Below the pieces are notes generated by a model. That model ran no database searches and was not told where the DNA came from. It saw only the letters and a program-made list of their open reading frames with translations. From the NCBI GenBank assembly GCA_963775425.1, contig CAVZJB010000007.1, positions 256,001 to 320,000 of the forward strand: a stretch of 64,000 nt of DNA, given 5' to 3'. The position numbers and the translations under genes were made by a program. Of this stretch, positions 29,306 to 38,786 are shown one piece after another. The stretch's first letter is position 1. Each line of letters starts with the position of its first letter. This stretch comes from an uncultured delta proteobacterium (GTDB lineage Bacteria; Myxococcota; UBA727; VGSZ01).

Positions 29306-30169
29306 TTACAAGCCGAGCGCGCGTAGATCAAGACGGCCGTCCGTGAGCGGCGGGCAGAAGTAGTAGCCGCCGCTGACCGGGCGGGAGAAGGAAAAAAGCC
29401 CATCGACGATGCCGTCGTCGATGCCCGACATGCGGCTGAGCATCTTCTCGAAGCGGGCGAGGCTCTCCACGTACGCGAGGAAGTACAGCCCGTGCTCCTT
29501 CACGCCGCCCCAGGGCATGGAGCGGCGCACCATGAACGCCGGCGGGTCGTAGCTCTCCTGCGCCGCGCGCTTCACGTGCGCCGACGGCGGCGCGTCCGCG
29601 AGCTCCTCGTCGTCCTCGAGGCGGCGGCCGATGACGTGATCGCGGGCCATCTCCGTCATGCGATCGAGCGCACTCAGGTCGTGCACCCACTTCTGCACGG
29701 CGCAGAAGCTGCCGCCGTCGAGGGCGCCGCGGCCGCTCACGACGGCGGCGTCGGTGGCGGCGTCGCCGTGGGGGTTCTCGGTGCCGTCGACGAAGCCGGA
29801 GAGGTCGCGGCCGCCGAGGTAGCTGAAGCCGTCCACCTCCTCCACCAGCTCGAAGGTCCCGCGCAACGTCCGCGCGAGGCGCATGCCGGCCTCGAGCTGC
29901 GCGCCCTTCTCCGCATGCGCGGTGCTTGCCCACAGCGCGTGCTGCGTCGAAGCGAAGAGCGGGAAGTGCGAAGGGAACGGCTTGAGCCCCTCGACGCGGG
30001 CGGCGGGGGCACCCACACCGAGGATGATGTCGTTGTCCCACGGCTTCTGTGAGAGCGCCCTCAAGCCTTCGGCGGGATCGCCGATGAGATCGAAATGAAG
30101 GAAGCGCGCGGAGGGACGAACGGGCTCGAGGACGAGGGGCTGCATGGCCAACGTCAATATCTCTCGCAC
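29306..30169 (-). CDS. Dye-decolorizing (DyP) peroxidase
   Basis: DLSGFVDGTENP, QKWVHDL, AHVKR, RRSMPW. Confidence 0.93.
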   Translation of the reverse strand: MREILTLAMQPLVLEPVRPSARFLHFDLIGDPAEGLRALSQKPWDNDIILGVGAPAARVEGLKPFPSHFPLFASTQHALWASTAHAEKGAQLEAGMRLARTLRGTFELVEEVDGFSYLGGRDLSGFVDGTENPHGDAATDAAVVSGRGALDGGSFCAVQKWVHDLSALDRMTEMARDHVIGRRLEDDEELADAPPSAHVKRAAQESYDPPAFMVRRSMPWGGVKEHGLYFLAYVESLARFEKMLSRMSGIDDGIVDGLFSFSRPVSGGYYFCPPLTDGRLDLRALGL

Positions 30170-30416
30170 CGGTGCGACTCAAGCAGGCGCGTGCGCACCG
30201 TGTCGTCTTCGATGCGTGTTCGGACGACATCGCTGACACGCATGTTTCGTCGATCTGACACGTCGTGTCTCACGACCGACGGAAACTCGGGGCGCAACTG
30301 GACTCGATGTTAGCGTGATTGAACAGAGAGCTCGTTGAGCGAAGGAACAGTCGACGTGACGTCGACGCACTCGACGAGGCGGGCGGGACCGGGAACGCTC
30401 GCAGGAGGATGGGGAG

Positions 30417-30998
30417 ATGATCAGAGCGATTCTTGCCGGGTCGGTAATTGCCTTGTCGACTGGCTGCCTCGTCGATCGGCCCTACGACCGATCACTCGAC
30501 GACAACGCCGGAAACCCCGACGCCACGTCGACGTCCTATCGCCCCGTGCGCTCTGCCGTCGACGGCAGTTTGCAGGGCCAAGTCGGACCGCTGAGCGGCC
30601 TCGACCATGATGCGAGCCTTCTTTCCGCCTATGACGATGGCTACTACCTGAGCGTCGAGACCGTGGTGCAGTTGCAAGACCGCGCGGTGATGACGCTCCT
30701 CTCGGTGAGCAACGGCGCGGACATCTTCCAGCCCGGACTCGACGCGACGTTCACACTCGACAACTACGACACCGACGGCGTTCAGGTCACGATGCTCGGC
30801 TGCGTCGGACAGGACGTCGGCGTCTACGACGAATACGACATGCCCGCCGACGAGGTGCACGTCTCGGTGACACCCGGCCAGGACGACAGCGAGATGGGAG
30901 TGTCGCTGCAGGCCCGCTGGTACGACCGCGACGCACAGACCGGCGAGCGTTTGGCGACCTCGAAGAACGCGAGCACCGAATTCACGTTGCTCCGCTAG
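30417..30998 (+). CDS. Hypothetical lipoprotein
   Basis: GGAG RBS, lipobox LSTGC, followed by a terminator. Confidence 0.8.
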   Translation: MIRAILAGSVIALSTGCLVDRPYDRSLDDNAGNPDATSTSYRPVRSAVDGSLQGQVGPLSGLDHDASLLSAYDDGYYLSVETVVQLQDRAVMTLLSVSNGADIFQPGLDATFTLDNYDTDGVQVTMLGCVGQDVGVYDEYDMPADEVHVSVTPGQDDSEMGVSLQARWYDRDAQTGERLATSKNASTEFTLLR

Positions 30999-31016
30999 TC
31001 ACGCGTCTCTCCCCAG

Positions 31017-31052
31017 GAAAACGGCGGCCCCGCGGCCGCCGTTTTCTTTTTT
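31017..31052 (+). terminator. Rho-independent terminator
   Basis: Stem gaaaacggcggcc / ggccgccgttttc with 4-nt loop, followed by a T run. Confidence 0.85.
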
Positions 31053-31220
31053 CGCGCTTGGCGCGTTCGGGCCTTCGTCTTGCGCTGATGCGGGGCCGCT
31101 CGCGGAGCTCGCGCTTCCGCGAGAGACGGGCCGTCTTCGCCAGCGGCCGCCTCCGCCGCGCTCCCTTGGGGGGCTTGCGTGGCCCCCGTCGTCGTCGTCC
31201 GTCTCGCACGCCTGGAGATC

Positions 31221-31251
31221 CGTTGACAGAAGTGTCAACGGTTGGCACGTT
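31221..31251 (+). promoter_or_regulatory. Palindromic operator overlapping a sigma70 -35; likely leaderless promoter
   Basis: cgttgaca-gaag-tgtcaacg; TTGACA-N17-CACGTT ending 6 nt before the ATG at 31258. Confidence 0.6.
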
Positions 31252-31257
31252 GCGTCA

Positions 31258-33222
31258 ATGAGCGCCTCGAACAACTTCTTCCTCGACAACGACGACCTGC
31301 GCTTCCAGCTCTCCCGGCTCGACTGGGCCACGCTGGTGGAGCTGCAGGAGAGCGCGTTCGACGACGCGGACGCGTTCAAGGATCCGGCGGAGGCGCGGGC
31401 GTTCTACGAGGACGTGCTGCGCAGCCTCGGTGAGATCGTGGCCAAGGAGATCGCCCCGTTCGAGCGCGAGCTCGACGAGCAGCACCCGGTCTTGCACGAC
31501 GGCGAGGTCGAGGTCCCGGCGCGCATGAAGAAGGTCCTGCAGACGCTCCAGGACATGGGCGCGATGTCGATGACGCTGCCGCGCCGCCTGGGCGGCATGA
31601 ACACGCCCATCATCACGTCGAACGTGCTGGTCGAGATGCTCGCTCGTGCGGACGCCAGCGTCGTCGGCGAGGTGGGCTTCCACGGCGGCATCGCGCAGGC
31701 CCTGCTCTTCTACTCGCTCGAAGAAGGCTCGGTGGAGCACGACGACAAGGGCTACGTCCGAAAGACCCGCTTCGACGACGTCGTGAAGCGCATCGTCGAC
31801 GAGGGCGAGCACGGCGCCATGGTGCTCACCGAGCCCGGCGCCGGCTCCGACCTCGCGCGCTTGAAGGCCAAGGCGGACCTGAAGGCAGACGGCACCTGGC
31901 GCGTGACCGGCCAGAAGATCTTCATCACCGCCGGCCACGGCGACCACCACATCGTCATCGCCCGGTCGGAGGACGAGGCCACCCACCCGGGCTTGAAGGG
32001 CCTCTCGCTGTTCTACGTGCCGCGCTTCGTCGACGCGAACGGCAAGCGCTGCCGCTCCTCGGACGCGGGCGCGCGCAAGAACTTCGAGATCGGCGGCGTC
32101 GAGCACAAGATGGGCCAGCACTCCGCCGTCGCGGCCACCATCCACTACGACGAGTCCATCGCGGAGCTCCTCGGGCAGCGCGGGCACGGCTTCCTCGGGA
32201 TGCTGCTGTTGATGAACAACGCCCGCATCGCCGTCGGCTTCGAAGGCATCGGCACGTGCGAGCTGGCGTACCGCAAGGCCAAGGCGTACGCGGAAGAGCG
32301 CGTCACCATGGGCAAGCCCATCGCGCAGCACGAGATGATCGCCGACGCCCTCGACGAGATGGACGTGATGATCCGCGGCATGCGCGCCATCACGTTCGAG
32401 GCCGCGTTCCACGAAGAGGTGAGCGCGCGTCTGAAGGTGAACCTCAAGGCGCACGCCCCCGCGTCGGACGCCGAGCGTGCGGACGCGGAGAAGCGCATCC
32501 GCCGGCACAAGCGCAAGGCGCGCCACCTCACGCCGCTCATCAAGTACCTCGCCGGCGAGGAGTGCGTGCGTCAGGCGCGCATGTGCATGCAGATCATGGG
32601 CGGCCTCGGCTACATCGTCGAGACCGGCGCCGAGAAGATCCTGCGCGACGCGCTGGTCATCCCCGTCTACGAGGGCACCAGCCAGATCCAGGCGCTGATG
32701 GCGCTCAAGGACAACCTGCAGGCGGCCATGAGGAACCCGGGCCGCTTCCTCTCCGAGATCGCCACGGCGCGGCTCGAGTCTTTGTCCGGCGCCGGCGCCG
32801 TCGAGCGCGGCGAGGCCAAGCTGCGCGCCCATGCGCTCTCCGCGATGCAGACCATCATCACGCGCATCGCCGCCGACAAGCTCGGCGACGTGAAGGGCCG
32901 TCCGCTCTCGGAGTGGAAGTCCGCCTTCATGAAGGACTGGGATCCGGGGCGCGACTTCTCGTTCGGCCTGCTTCACGCCGAGCGGCTCACCAAGCTCCTG
33001 TCGTGGGCGGCCATCGCCGAGACGCTGCTGCGCCAGGCGCACGACGTGAAGGGCAGCGCCGATTACGACGAGCGCCTCAACCTCGCCTTGCGTTTCGTCG
33101 AGCGTTTCGAGCCGCGGGCCAAGGGCGTGCTCGGCGAGATCGAGGCCACCGGCGGGTCTCTGATCGGGCGCGTGCTCGCGCGGCCCAAGCGCGACCGCGA
33201 GCGCGCCAAGGCCGCGGAGTAG
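31258..33222 (+). CDS. Acyl-CoA dehydrogenase
   Basis: MVLTEPGAGSD, GQKIFIT, EHKMG, MNNARI, GGLGY, IPVYEGTSQIQ. Confidence 0.95.
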   Translation: MSASNNFFLDNDDLRFQLSRLDWATLVELQESAFDDADAFKDPAEARAFYEDVLRSLGEIVAKEIAPFERELDEQHPVLHDGEVEVPARMKKVLQTLQDMGAMSMTLPRRLGGMNTPIITSNVLVEMLARADASVVGEVGFHGGIAQALLFYSLEEGSVEHDDKGYVRKTRFDDVVKRIVDEGEHGAMVLTEPGAGSDLARLKAKADLKADGTWRVTGQKIFITAGHGDHHIVIARSEDEATHPGLKGLSLFYVPRFVDANGKRCRSSDAGARKNFEIGGVEHKMGQHSAVAATIHYDESIAELLGQRGHGFLGMLLLMNNARIAVGFEGIGTCELAYRKAKAYAEERVTMGKPIAQHEMIADALDEMDVMIRGMRAITFEAAFHEEVSARLKVNLKAHAPASDAERADAEKRIRRHKRKARHLTPLIKYLAGEECVRQARMCMQIMGGLGYIVETGAEKILRDALVIPVYEGTSQIQALMALKDNLQAAMRNPGRFLSEIATARLESLSGAGAVERGEAKLRAHALSAMQTIITRIAADKLGDVKGRPLSEWKSAFMKDWDPGRDFSFGLLHAERLTKLLSWAAIAETLLRQAHDVKGSADYDERLNLALRFVERFEPRAKGVLGEIEATGGSLIGRVLARPKRDRERAKAAE

Positions 33223-33297
33223 TCCCCGGCAGCGCCGGGGACGCGCTCTTCGCCTCCCCGGGCGGCGCGCTCGGTGCCGTCGGGGTAGGATCAAGCC

Positions 33298-33930
33298 ATG
33301 GTCCGCCTGTGCTTCGTCGCGCTCGCGTTTTTCCTCGCCGTGCCGGCCTCGGCGCAGGACCTCAGCGAGGTGCTCCTCGGCAGAAAGCCCAAGCCGTTCA
33401 TCGACCCGGCGGGGTACTGGGCGGCCATCCTGCCCGTGGGCTTCGACTGCGAGGCGAGACCGCGGCACGTGCAGTGCCACAGCAACCGGGGGACCAACGC
33501 CATCCTCAGCGTCGACGTCGTCGATGTCCCCGCCTCCGCCACCGCCGACCTCGCCATGTTGAACCAGATGGACAGGTTCAAGGACAAGCCGCACTTCAAA
33601 AAGATCGCCCAGGGCCGGACCAAGGTCGACGGCACGCCGGCGGTGACGACGTCGTTCTCGTACGACTACCAGGGCAACGTCGAGTACAGCGTGGGCGTGC
33701 AGCAGCTCATCATGGTGCGCGGCGGCAAGCTCTACCTCATCCACCTCGAGGGGCGGCTCAGCCAGTTCGCCCAGTCGCTCAAGGACTTCGAGCAGCTCCG
33801 CCGGAGCTTCAAGCCCGCGCGGCTCGACGCCGGCGGCAACCCCATCCTCGAGGACCTCAAGCCCAAGTCCCGCGACGACACCGCGGGGCTGCCGGCGGGC
33901 GTCAGCGAGGCGATGAAGAAACGATACTGA
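33298..33930 (+). CDS. Secreted hypothetical protein (PsbP/DcrB-like fold possible)
   Basis: Signal peptide ASA|Q; C-terminal LYLIH..FEQLRRSF pattern. Confidence 0.75.
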   Translation: MVRLCFVALAFFLAVPASAQDLSEVLLGRKPKPFIDPAGYWAAILPVGFDCEARPRHVQCHSNRGTNAILSVDVVDVPASATADLAMLNQMDRFKDKPHFKKIAQGRTKVDGTPAVTTSFSYDYQGNVEYSVGVQQLIMVRGGKLYLIHLEGRLSQFAQSLKDFEQLRRSFKPARLDAGGNPILEDLKPKSRDDTAGLPAGVSEAMKKRY

Positions 33931-34580
33931 GCTCGCGTGACGACATCCTCGGCGGCACGACGTTGGTTGGTCGCTGACGACGACGTCGTGCCCCGCCGCG
34001 AATGTCTACGTCGCGCGCCTACGGCCCCTTTCTCGCATCGCGGCGACGGCCGGCGCCGTCGTGGGGGACAAGCCCCCGCCCTACGGGGCGTCGACGCAGC
34101 CGACGTCAAGCCCCGCCGGCTCGGGCGTTCGTCGCTGGCAACGACGTCGTCGTCGCCGCACACGTCGACACGGCACGCATCGAGACGTAGGGCGCCCCCT
34201 TGTGGGGCGCGTCGGAGGCACCGGCGACGTGCGCCTGGCTTTCCAACGCGGGGGACAAGCCCCCGCCCTACGGGGCGTCGACGCAGCCGACGTCAAGCCC
34301 CGCCGGCTCGGGCGTTCGTCGCTGGCAACGACGTCGTCGTCGCCGCACACGTCGACACGGCACGCATCGAGACGTAGGGCGCCCCCTTGTGGGGCGCGTC
34401 GGAGGCACCGGCGACGTGCGCCTGGCTTTCCAACGCGGTGGACAAGCCCCCGCCCGCCGGGGCGTCGACGCAGCCGACGTCAAGCCCGCCGGGGCGTCGA
34501 CGTAGCCGACGTCGCCGTTGCGCGCCGTGGCGTCGGCGCCGATGGATCACATTGCATCGCGTTTGCGCTCAGCGGCGTGA
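33931..34580. repeat. REP/BIME-like composite repeat; 187-bp tandem unit, about 2.3 copies (34063-34490)
   Basis: GTAG-led palindromes in alternating orientation (34063-34084, 34187-34210, 34250-34271, 34374-34397). Confidence 0.85.
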
Positions 34581-34652
34581 CGAAAGCCTCGGCGGCACAT
34601 TGAGCGCCTCGGGTCGGCAGGGGCAATTCGTTCGTGCTACTACGATCGAGCG

Positions 34653-36149
34653 ATGCAGTCCCGGCTCGACGCTCTCATCGAGCAGCTTCACGTGCAGAAG
34701 GCCGACGCGCTTCTGATCGAGGCGGGCAACAGCTTGTTCCTCGTCCGCGGCGCCGAGACCCTGCCGCTGTTGAACGCCAAGCTCACCAACGAGCACGTCC
34801 AGGAGCTGCTGCGCGACTCGGCGCCGCCGGACGCGCGCATCTCCATCGAGAAGCGGGAGGCCGTGGAGTTCGACTACGTGAGCCCGTCGGGCCCGGTGCA
34901 CGTCGAGCTCAAGACGATGGACGACAGGACCTTCGCGCGGCTCACCCCCACGACGTTCCGTGACTCCATCGACGCCTTCAGGGCGGACGGGAACCTGGCG
35001 CCGCCGTCGAGCAGCATCGACGACAACAGCGGCGTCGTGGAGCTGCCGCCCGTGCCGGGCGCCGGGCCGCGGCCGGCCCTCGAGCCGTGGTTCGAGATCT
35101 TCCTCGCCACGCGCAGCTCGGACCTGCACCTGACGCCGGGCCTGCCCGCGATGGTGAGGTCGTTCGACGGTGACATCCAGGAGCAGCCCGAGATCCCCGT
35201 CGTGGGGCCGTACGAGCTCGAGCAGATGCTCCTCGAGATCATGCCGCCCCAGAGCCGCGAGGAGTGGCTGTCCATGCGCGACACCGACTTCGCGTACGAC
35301 CTGCAAAACGCCCGGCTGCGCGTGAACGTCTTCTACGACCTGCGCGGGCCGTGCGCGACGTTCCGCAAGATCCCCGGCGACATCATGACCGTCGCCGAGC
35401 TCGGCCTGCCGCCGGCCGTCGTCGATCTGTGCCGCTTGAAGAAGGGGCTCGTGCTCGTCACCGGGCCGACGGGCTCGGGCAAGTCGACGACGCTCGCGGC
35501 GATGATCGACTGGATCAACGAAAACCGCGCCGACCACATCATCACCATCGAAGACCCCATCGAGTTCGTGCACACGCAGAAGCGCTGCCTCATCCACCAG
35601 CGCCAGGTGGGCGTGCACACGCGGAGCTTCACGCGCGCGCTCCGGGCGGCGCTGCGCGAAGACCCCGACATCATCCTCATCGGAGAGATGCGCGACCTCG
35701 AGACCATCGCCATCGCCATCGAGATGGCGGAGACCGGCCACCTCGTGTTCGGCACGCTGCACACCACCACCGCCGCCACCACCGTCGACCGCATCGTCGA
35801 CCAGTTCCAGGCGGACAAGCAGGAGCAGGTGCGGCAGATGCTCGCCGAGTCGCTCAAGGGCGTCGTCTCGCAGACGCTCTGCAAGCGCACCGACGGCGGC
35901 CGCGTGCTCGCGCTGGAAATTCTCCTCGTCACCACCGCGGTCTCGAACATGATCCGCGAGAAGAAGACGTTCCAGATCCCGAGCGTGGTCCAGACCTCGC
36001 GGGGCGCGGGCATGCGCCTGTTGAACGACTCGCTCCTCGAGCTCGCCAAAAGCGGCGTCATCGACGCGCAAGAGGCCATCGATCGCGCCATCGATAAGGC
36101 GGCCATCAAGCGCGACCTCACCGCCGCGCAGCTCCTCAAGGCCGGGTAG
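34653..36149 (+). CDS. pilT: Type IV pilus retraction ATPase with extra N-terminal domain
   Basis: SDLHL, GPTGSGKSTT, TIEDPIE, LREDPD..GEMRD, TGHLVFGTLHT, AVSNMIRE. Confidence 0.93.
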   Translation: MQSRLDALIEQLHVQKADALLIEAGNSLFLVRGAETLPLLNAKLTNEHVQELLRDSAPPDARISIEKREAVEFDYVSPSGPVHVELKTMDDRTFARLTPTTFRDSIDAFRADGNLAPPSSSIDDNSGVVELPPVPGAGPRPALEPWFEIFLATRSSDLHLTPGLPAMVRSFDGDIQEQPEIPVVGPYELEQMLLEIMPPQSREEWLSMRDTDFAYDLQNARLRVNVFYDLRGPCATFRKIPGDIMTVAELGLPPAVVDLCRLKKGLVLVTGPTGSGKSTTLAAMIDWINENRADHIITIEDPIEFVHTQKRCLIHQRQVGVHTRSFTRALRAALREDPDIILIGEMRDLETIAIAIEMAETGHLVFGTLHTTTAATTVDRIVDQFQADKQEQVRQMLAESLKGVVSQTLCKRTDGGRVLALEILLVTTAVSNMIREKKTFQIPSVVQTSRGAGMRLLNDSLLELAKSGVIDAQEAIDRAIDKAAIKRDLTAAQLLKAG

Positions 36150-36207
36150 GGCCACGCGGGGGCCGAGAGCGGATGGCCTCGGACGCTCGCTGCGCTAGGG
36201 TGCCACC

Positions 36208-36540
36208 GTGACCTGTGAGGAGACGCTCGAGGCTCTGCTGCCGGCGCTTTTGCGACGGAGCCCCGGGGCCGTGGGCGAGGGCGCGGTGCTGCAGATCGTG
36301 GTGCCCGACGTCGCCGGCTGCCGCTACCACTACACCTTCGCCGGCGGCGACGTCGCCGTGCAAAAGGGCGTCTCCGACCGCGTCGACCTCACGCTGTCCC
36401 TGGTGAGCGCCGACCTCGCGCGCCTCTTCGAGGGCGCGCTCGACGTCGAGCACGCCGTGCGCACGCGGCGCATGAAGGTCATGGGCGACGAGTCGCTCCT
36501 GCTCGCGCTGTCCGACGCCGTCGCGGGGAGACAGCCGTGA
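36208..36540 (+). CDS. SCP2 sterol/lipid-binding domain protein
   Basis: DLTL..DL..LFEG.LD..A...RMKVMGD pattern. Confidence 0.75.
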   Translation: MTCEETLEALLPALLRRSPGAVGEGAVLQIVVPDVAGCRYHYTFAGGDVAVQKGVSDRVDLTLSLVSADLARLFEGALDVEHAVRTRRMKVMGDESLLLALSDAVAGRQP

Positions 36541-38786
36541 GCGTTCGCCGGCTCACCGCCCCTCACGTGAAGCCGTCGACGGCGCCGGTGACCGCCGCCG
36601 AGCTGCGCCGGGCGGCGCGCGCGCTGCGGGAAGATCCGGCCGCGCGCGCCACGGACCCTGCGACGTCGGGCGCGCGCGCGTCGACGTCGACGGGGCCCGC
36701 GCCCGTGCGGCGCGAGGACCTGCGGGCGCTCAGGGGGCTCGTGACCCAATACGGGGCCGTCCACGACGTCGACGTCGCCGCCGTCGCCGCCAAGATGGGC
36801 GAGGCCGCCGGCGCCAACCTCGCCGCGCTGTACGCGGCCGTGAAGAAGCTGAAGGCGCAGGGCGCGCTGACCTCGCCGTGGCGCGCGCAGACGGTGACCG
36901 ACACCGCCGTGCAGCAGCTCTCCCGGGCGACGCTGTCGCCGCGTGTCACGCGCCACGTGCAGAAGCTCGCGCGCCTCGAGCTCCTCAAGCTGTTCGCCGA
37001 CCCCGTGAAGGACGCCGCGCTGCACGAGGTGCTGCTCGGCGACCTCAAGAAGAGCTTCCGCGTGCCCGAGCGCGCGCTGCGCGAGCACGAGGTCCCGCCC
37101 GACATCCCGCTGCGCGAACGAAACGCGCGGGCGCAAAACGCGCTGCTCGCGCTGCTGTTCGACCCGGGCCTGCCCGCCGAGCTCAAGCGCGCCGCCGTCG
37201 ACAAGCTCGCCGTGTGCGGCAACAAGGACGCGCTGCCGACGCTGGCGTCGCTCGCAAAGGCCGAGCCCGCCCTCGCCGGCGCCGTGAAGACCACCACCAA
37301 GGCCATCGAGAAGGCCGGCAAGATGACGCTGGTCTTCTGCTCCATGGAGGTGGCGCCGTACGCCTTCGCCGGCGGCCTCGGCAACGTGATGGACGAGCTG
37401 CCCCAGGCGCTCGCGCGGCTCGGTCACCGGGTCATCGTGGTGTCGCCGCGACACGCCATCATCGACAGGAGCACGCTCGAGGACAGCGGCAAGCGCATCC
37501 GCGTGAGCCACCCCACGGGCGACGAGCCGGCGCAGCTCCTCAGGGACGACAAGGACGGCGTGGAGCACTGGTTCGTCGAGAACGGCAAGTTCTATTCGGA
37601 CGGGCGTTACGGGCTCTACGGCGACGAGCACGGTCCCTACGGCGACGTCGCCGAGCGCTACGACTTCTTCTCCATGGCGATCCCCGAGGCGCTCAAGGCC
37701 ATCCTCGGCGACGAGCGCCCCGACATCGTGCAGCTCAACGACGCGCACACGGCGCCCGCCGCCGCCTACCTGAAGCGTGACGACGCCTTCGCCGACACCA
37801 AGACCGTCATGGCCGTTCACAACCTCGGCGGCGCGTACCAGGGAAAGTTCGGCGCCGAGGTGCTGCCGCGCCTCGGCTTCAAGGACTTCGGCTTGTCGTA
37901 TCCGACGGGCCCGGCGGAGTTCTACGGCGGCACCAACTTCCTGAAGCTCGGGCTCGCCACCGCCGACGCCGCCGTCACCGTGAGCCGGCAGTACATGCGC
38001 GAGATCCTCGACAAGGAGCACGGCGAGGGGCTCGAGGGCGTGCTGCGCCTCCTGTACGCCGAGGAGCGGCTGTGGGGGAACCTGAACGGCATCGACACGA
38101 AGTCGTGGGATCCGTCGACGGACCCGGCGCTGCCGGCCCCGTACAGCTTCGCCGATCAGGCCGGCAAGGCCGCGTGCAAGAGCGCGCTTCAGGCGCGCTA
38201 CGGGCTGCCGCAGCGCGCGGACACGCCCCTGGTGGGGGCGGTCAGCCGCATCACCGACCAAAAGGGCATCGACGACATCGTCGCCACCGTCGAGCGCCGC
38301 ATGACGGCCGGCGAGGACGTGCAGTTCGTCGTGTGCGGCACCGGCGACGCGGCCCTGTGCGCGCAGCTCGCGGACCTCGCCAAGCGCTACCCGGACAACG
38401 TGGCCTTCGACGGCGCGTTCGCCAAGGACAAGGAGCGCAAGATCATCGCCGGCGCCGATCTGTTCTTGATGCCGTCGCGCTTCGAGCCCTGCGGGCTGCC
38501 CCAGATGTACGCCATGCGCTACCTCACCGTGCCGGTGGTGCGCGCCGTGGGCGGCCTTGAGGAGAGCGTGCAGCCGTACGACGCGCTCGAGCAGACCGGC
38601 ACCGGCTTCAAGTTCGGCGGCGCTCGCGGCGGCGGCGTCGACGACGGCCTCGACGCAGCTCTCGCGTGGTACCGGCAGGGGGACGGCGCGCGCGCGGCCC
38701 TCATCCGCAACTGCGCGCTCGCGGACTTCTCCTGGGAAACGACGTCGGCGGCGGAGCAGGTCGCGTTCTTCCGGACGCTGACTTGA
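36537..38786 (+). CDS. glgA: Glycogen synthase (GT5) with ~260-aa N-terminal extension
   Basis: EVAPY..GGLG, TVSRQY, NGID, SRITDQKG, MPSRFEPCGL. Confidence 0.88.
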   Translation: MSVRRLTAPHVKPSTAPVTAAELRRAARALREDPAARATDPATSGARASTSTGPAPVRREDLRALRGLVTQYGAVHDVDVAAVAAKMGEAAGANLAALYAAVKKLKAQGALTSPWRAQTVTDTAVQQLSRATLSPRVTRHVQKLARLELLKLFADPVKDAALHEVLLGDLKKSFRVPERALREHEVPPDIPLRERNARAQNALLALLFDPGLPAELKRAAVDKLAVCGNKDALPTLASLAKAEPALAGAVKTTTKAIEKAGKMTLVFCSMEVAPYAFAGGLGNVMDELPQALARLGHRVIVVSPRHAIIDRSTLEDSGKRIRVSHPTGDEPAQLLRDDKDGVEHWFVENGKFYSDGRYGLYGDEHGPYGDVAERYDFFSMAIPEALKAILGDERPDIVQLNDAHTAPAAAYLKRDDAFADTKTVMAVHNLGGAYQGKFGAEVLPRLGFKDFGLSYPTGPAEFYGGTNFLKLGLATADAAVTVSRQYMREILDKEHGEGLEGVLRLLYAEERLWGNLNGIDTKSWDPSTDPALPAPYSFADQAGKAACKSALQARYGLPQRADTPLVGAVSRITDQKGIDDIVATVERRMTAGEDVQFVVCGTGDAALCAQLADLAKRYPDNVAFDGAFAKDKERKIIAGADLFLMPSRFEPCGLPQMYAMRYLTVPVVRAVGGLEESVQPYDALEQTGTGFKFGGARGGGVDDGLDAALAWYRQGDGARAALIRNCALADFSWETTSAAEQVAFFRTLT

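Noticed and set aside
29306-29345. DyP C-terminus DGRLDLRALGL as an encapsulin targeting peptide
   Set aside because: No linker, a poor match to the DGSLxIGSL-type peptide, and no encapsulin gene nearby
30233-30270. ctgacacg direct repeat at 22-bp spacing in a divergent promoter
   Set aside because: Too short to separate from chance without comparative data
31242-31257. sigma54 promoter TGGCACG-TTGC
   Set aside because: GG-to-GC spacing is wrong
34063-34490. Possible CRISPR array
   Set aside because: Whole 187-bp units are near-identical with no unique spacers, and there are no cas genes; fits REP/BIME
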